64,000 bases of DNA, taken from Lentisphaerota bacterium. GTDB taxonomy: Bacteria; Verrucomicrobiota; Kiritimatiellia; UBA8416; JAUUYL01. The position numbers were made by a program, and so were the translations under genes. Shown piece by piece: positions 63,468-64,000 of this stretch; positions within the stretch are counted from its first letter, which is position 1, and each line of letters starts with the position of its first letter. The stretch is taken from assembly GCA_030590485.1 (NCBI GenBank), contig JAUUYL010000005.1, forward strand, positions 6,084 through 70,083, written 5' to 3'. Below the pieces are notes generated by a model. It searched no databases and was not told the DNA's origin. It saw only the letters and a list, made by a program, of their open reading frames with translations.

Positions 63468-64000
63468 CTATACACCAGCCAATCCCTGTCGCATTTTCAG
63501 TTCAATCCGTTTCCTGAGGCGTTTTGGGGATAAGACTTTCATATCTGGCTGCCAGGAAAGAACCCAGCGCACCAGCTCCTTCCAGCCCGCGGTTTCAAAT
63601 GACAACTCAATGCTCCCGTCACGCTTTTCAACGATTTTCTGGTCTTTTTGCCACACTCTTTCTTTTATATAGGCGGCAATATTTCGGGAGCACAGCAAGC
63701 GAACTCTGAATTTCTTTTCTCCGCGGACAATGCCAAACGAGTTTTCGACATACTCAGACGCATCAAAGTCCTTCGGGATCTGAAAGCAACCGCCAGGTTC
63801 GACACTTCTGATTCTTGATACAGCAAAAGTTGCCACCATGTCTTTCTCGATGTTTCTCGCCAGCACATACCAGTTCCCGTGATACGCCAGCAGGTGATAA
63901 GGCTCCAGCAGGTAGGCACCTGCTTCCCCATTAAATTTTTGGTACCGCACCGAAATAATCCTACTCGCACCCACTGCATCTGCGACCCCGGCCCATATGT
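63468..64000 (-). CDS. WYL-domain transcription regulator, 5' end beyond the window
   Basis: 'YLLEPYHLLAYHGNWYVLARN' is the WYL-domain core. The frame stays open upstream of the GTG at 63974 to the window edge, so the N-terminal HTH region is probably outside the window. Confidence 0.7.
   Translation of the reverse strand, partial: IWAGVADAVGASRIISVRYQKFNGEAGAYLLEPYHLLAYHGNWYVLARNIEKDMVATFAVSRIRSVEPGGCFQIPKDFDASEYVENSFGIVRGEKKFRVRLLCSRNIAAYIKERVWQKDQKIVEKRDGSIELSFETAGWKELVRWVLSWQPDMKVLSPKRLRKRIELKMRQGLAGV

Overview
This is a 64-kb chromosomal segment from a diderm (Gram-negative-type) bacterium. The taxon cannot be assigned from sequence alone. I support about 55 protein-coding genes. I found no rRNA or tRNA genes, no CRISPR array, and no transposase or integrase. 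Content falls into nine blocks. (1) 0.4-4.7 kb: a fused OYE/GltD-type flavoprotein, a stand-alone YcaO, and a self-terminated gene for a secreted Pro-rich peptide with a CCCC motif. (2) 4.7-11.3 kb: secreted and membrane proteins of unknown function around an FHA-MoxR AAA+ fusion. (3) 11.4-18.7 kb: a MetE-like protein, a secreted GH2 beta-galactosidase, and an AcuABC-like acetylation module. (4) 18.8-33.8 kb: a large multihaem-cytochrome locus. It holds a membrane-anchored heptahaem cytochrome, two tetrahaem cytochromes, ResB/CcsA, two NHL lipoproteins, a 9-haem and a 12-haem lipoprotein cytochrome, a 672-aa putative outer-membrane barrel, small membrane proteins and a B12-radical-SAM enzyme. 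It looks like a complete extracellular-electron-transfer conduit. (5) 33.8-39.3 kb, opposite strand: a second ResB/CcsA pair with an 11-haem cytochrome and an NHL-cadherin-TSP3 surface protein. (6) 39.5-41.6 kb: hemA with a HemX/CcsA-like gene. (7) 41.8-50.9 kb: a PocR-AraC regulator, a polyprenyl synthase, nqrABCDEF, apbE and a possible nqrM. (8) 51-53.8 kb: a CBS protein and a hybrid histidine kinase. (9) 53.8-62.2 kb: one tightly packed operon encoding the siroheme-dependent (Ahb) haem pathway (ahbC, ahbD, ahbAB, sirC, hemC-cobA-hemD, hemB, hemL), followed by srkA and a truncated WYL regulator. The most unusual sequence-level signal is a set of short tandem repeat arrays, mostly with a 7-nt unit. 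Some flank GC-rich palindromes. They sit in nqr intercistronic spacers and in frame inside haem-biosynthesis genes. All functional calls come from motif recognition by eye on the supplied translations. No database search was run.
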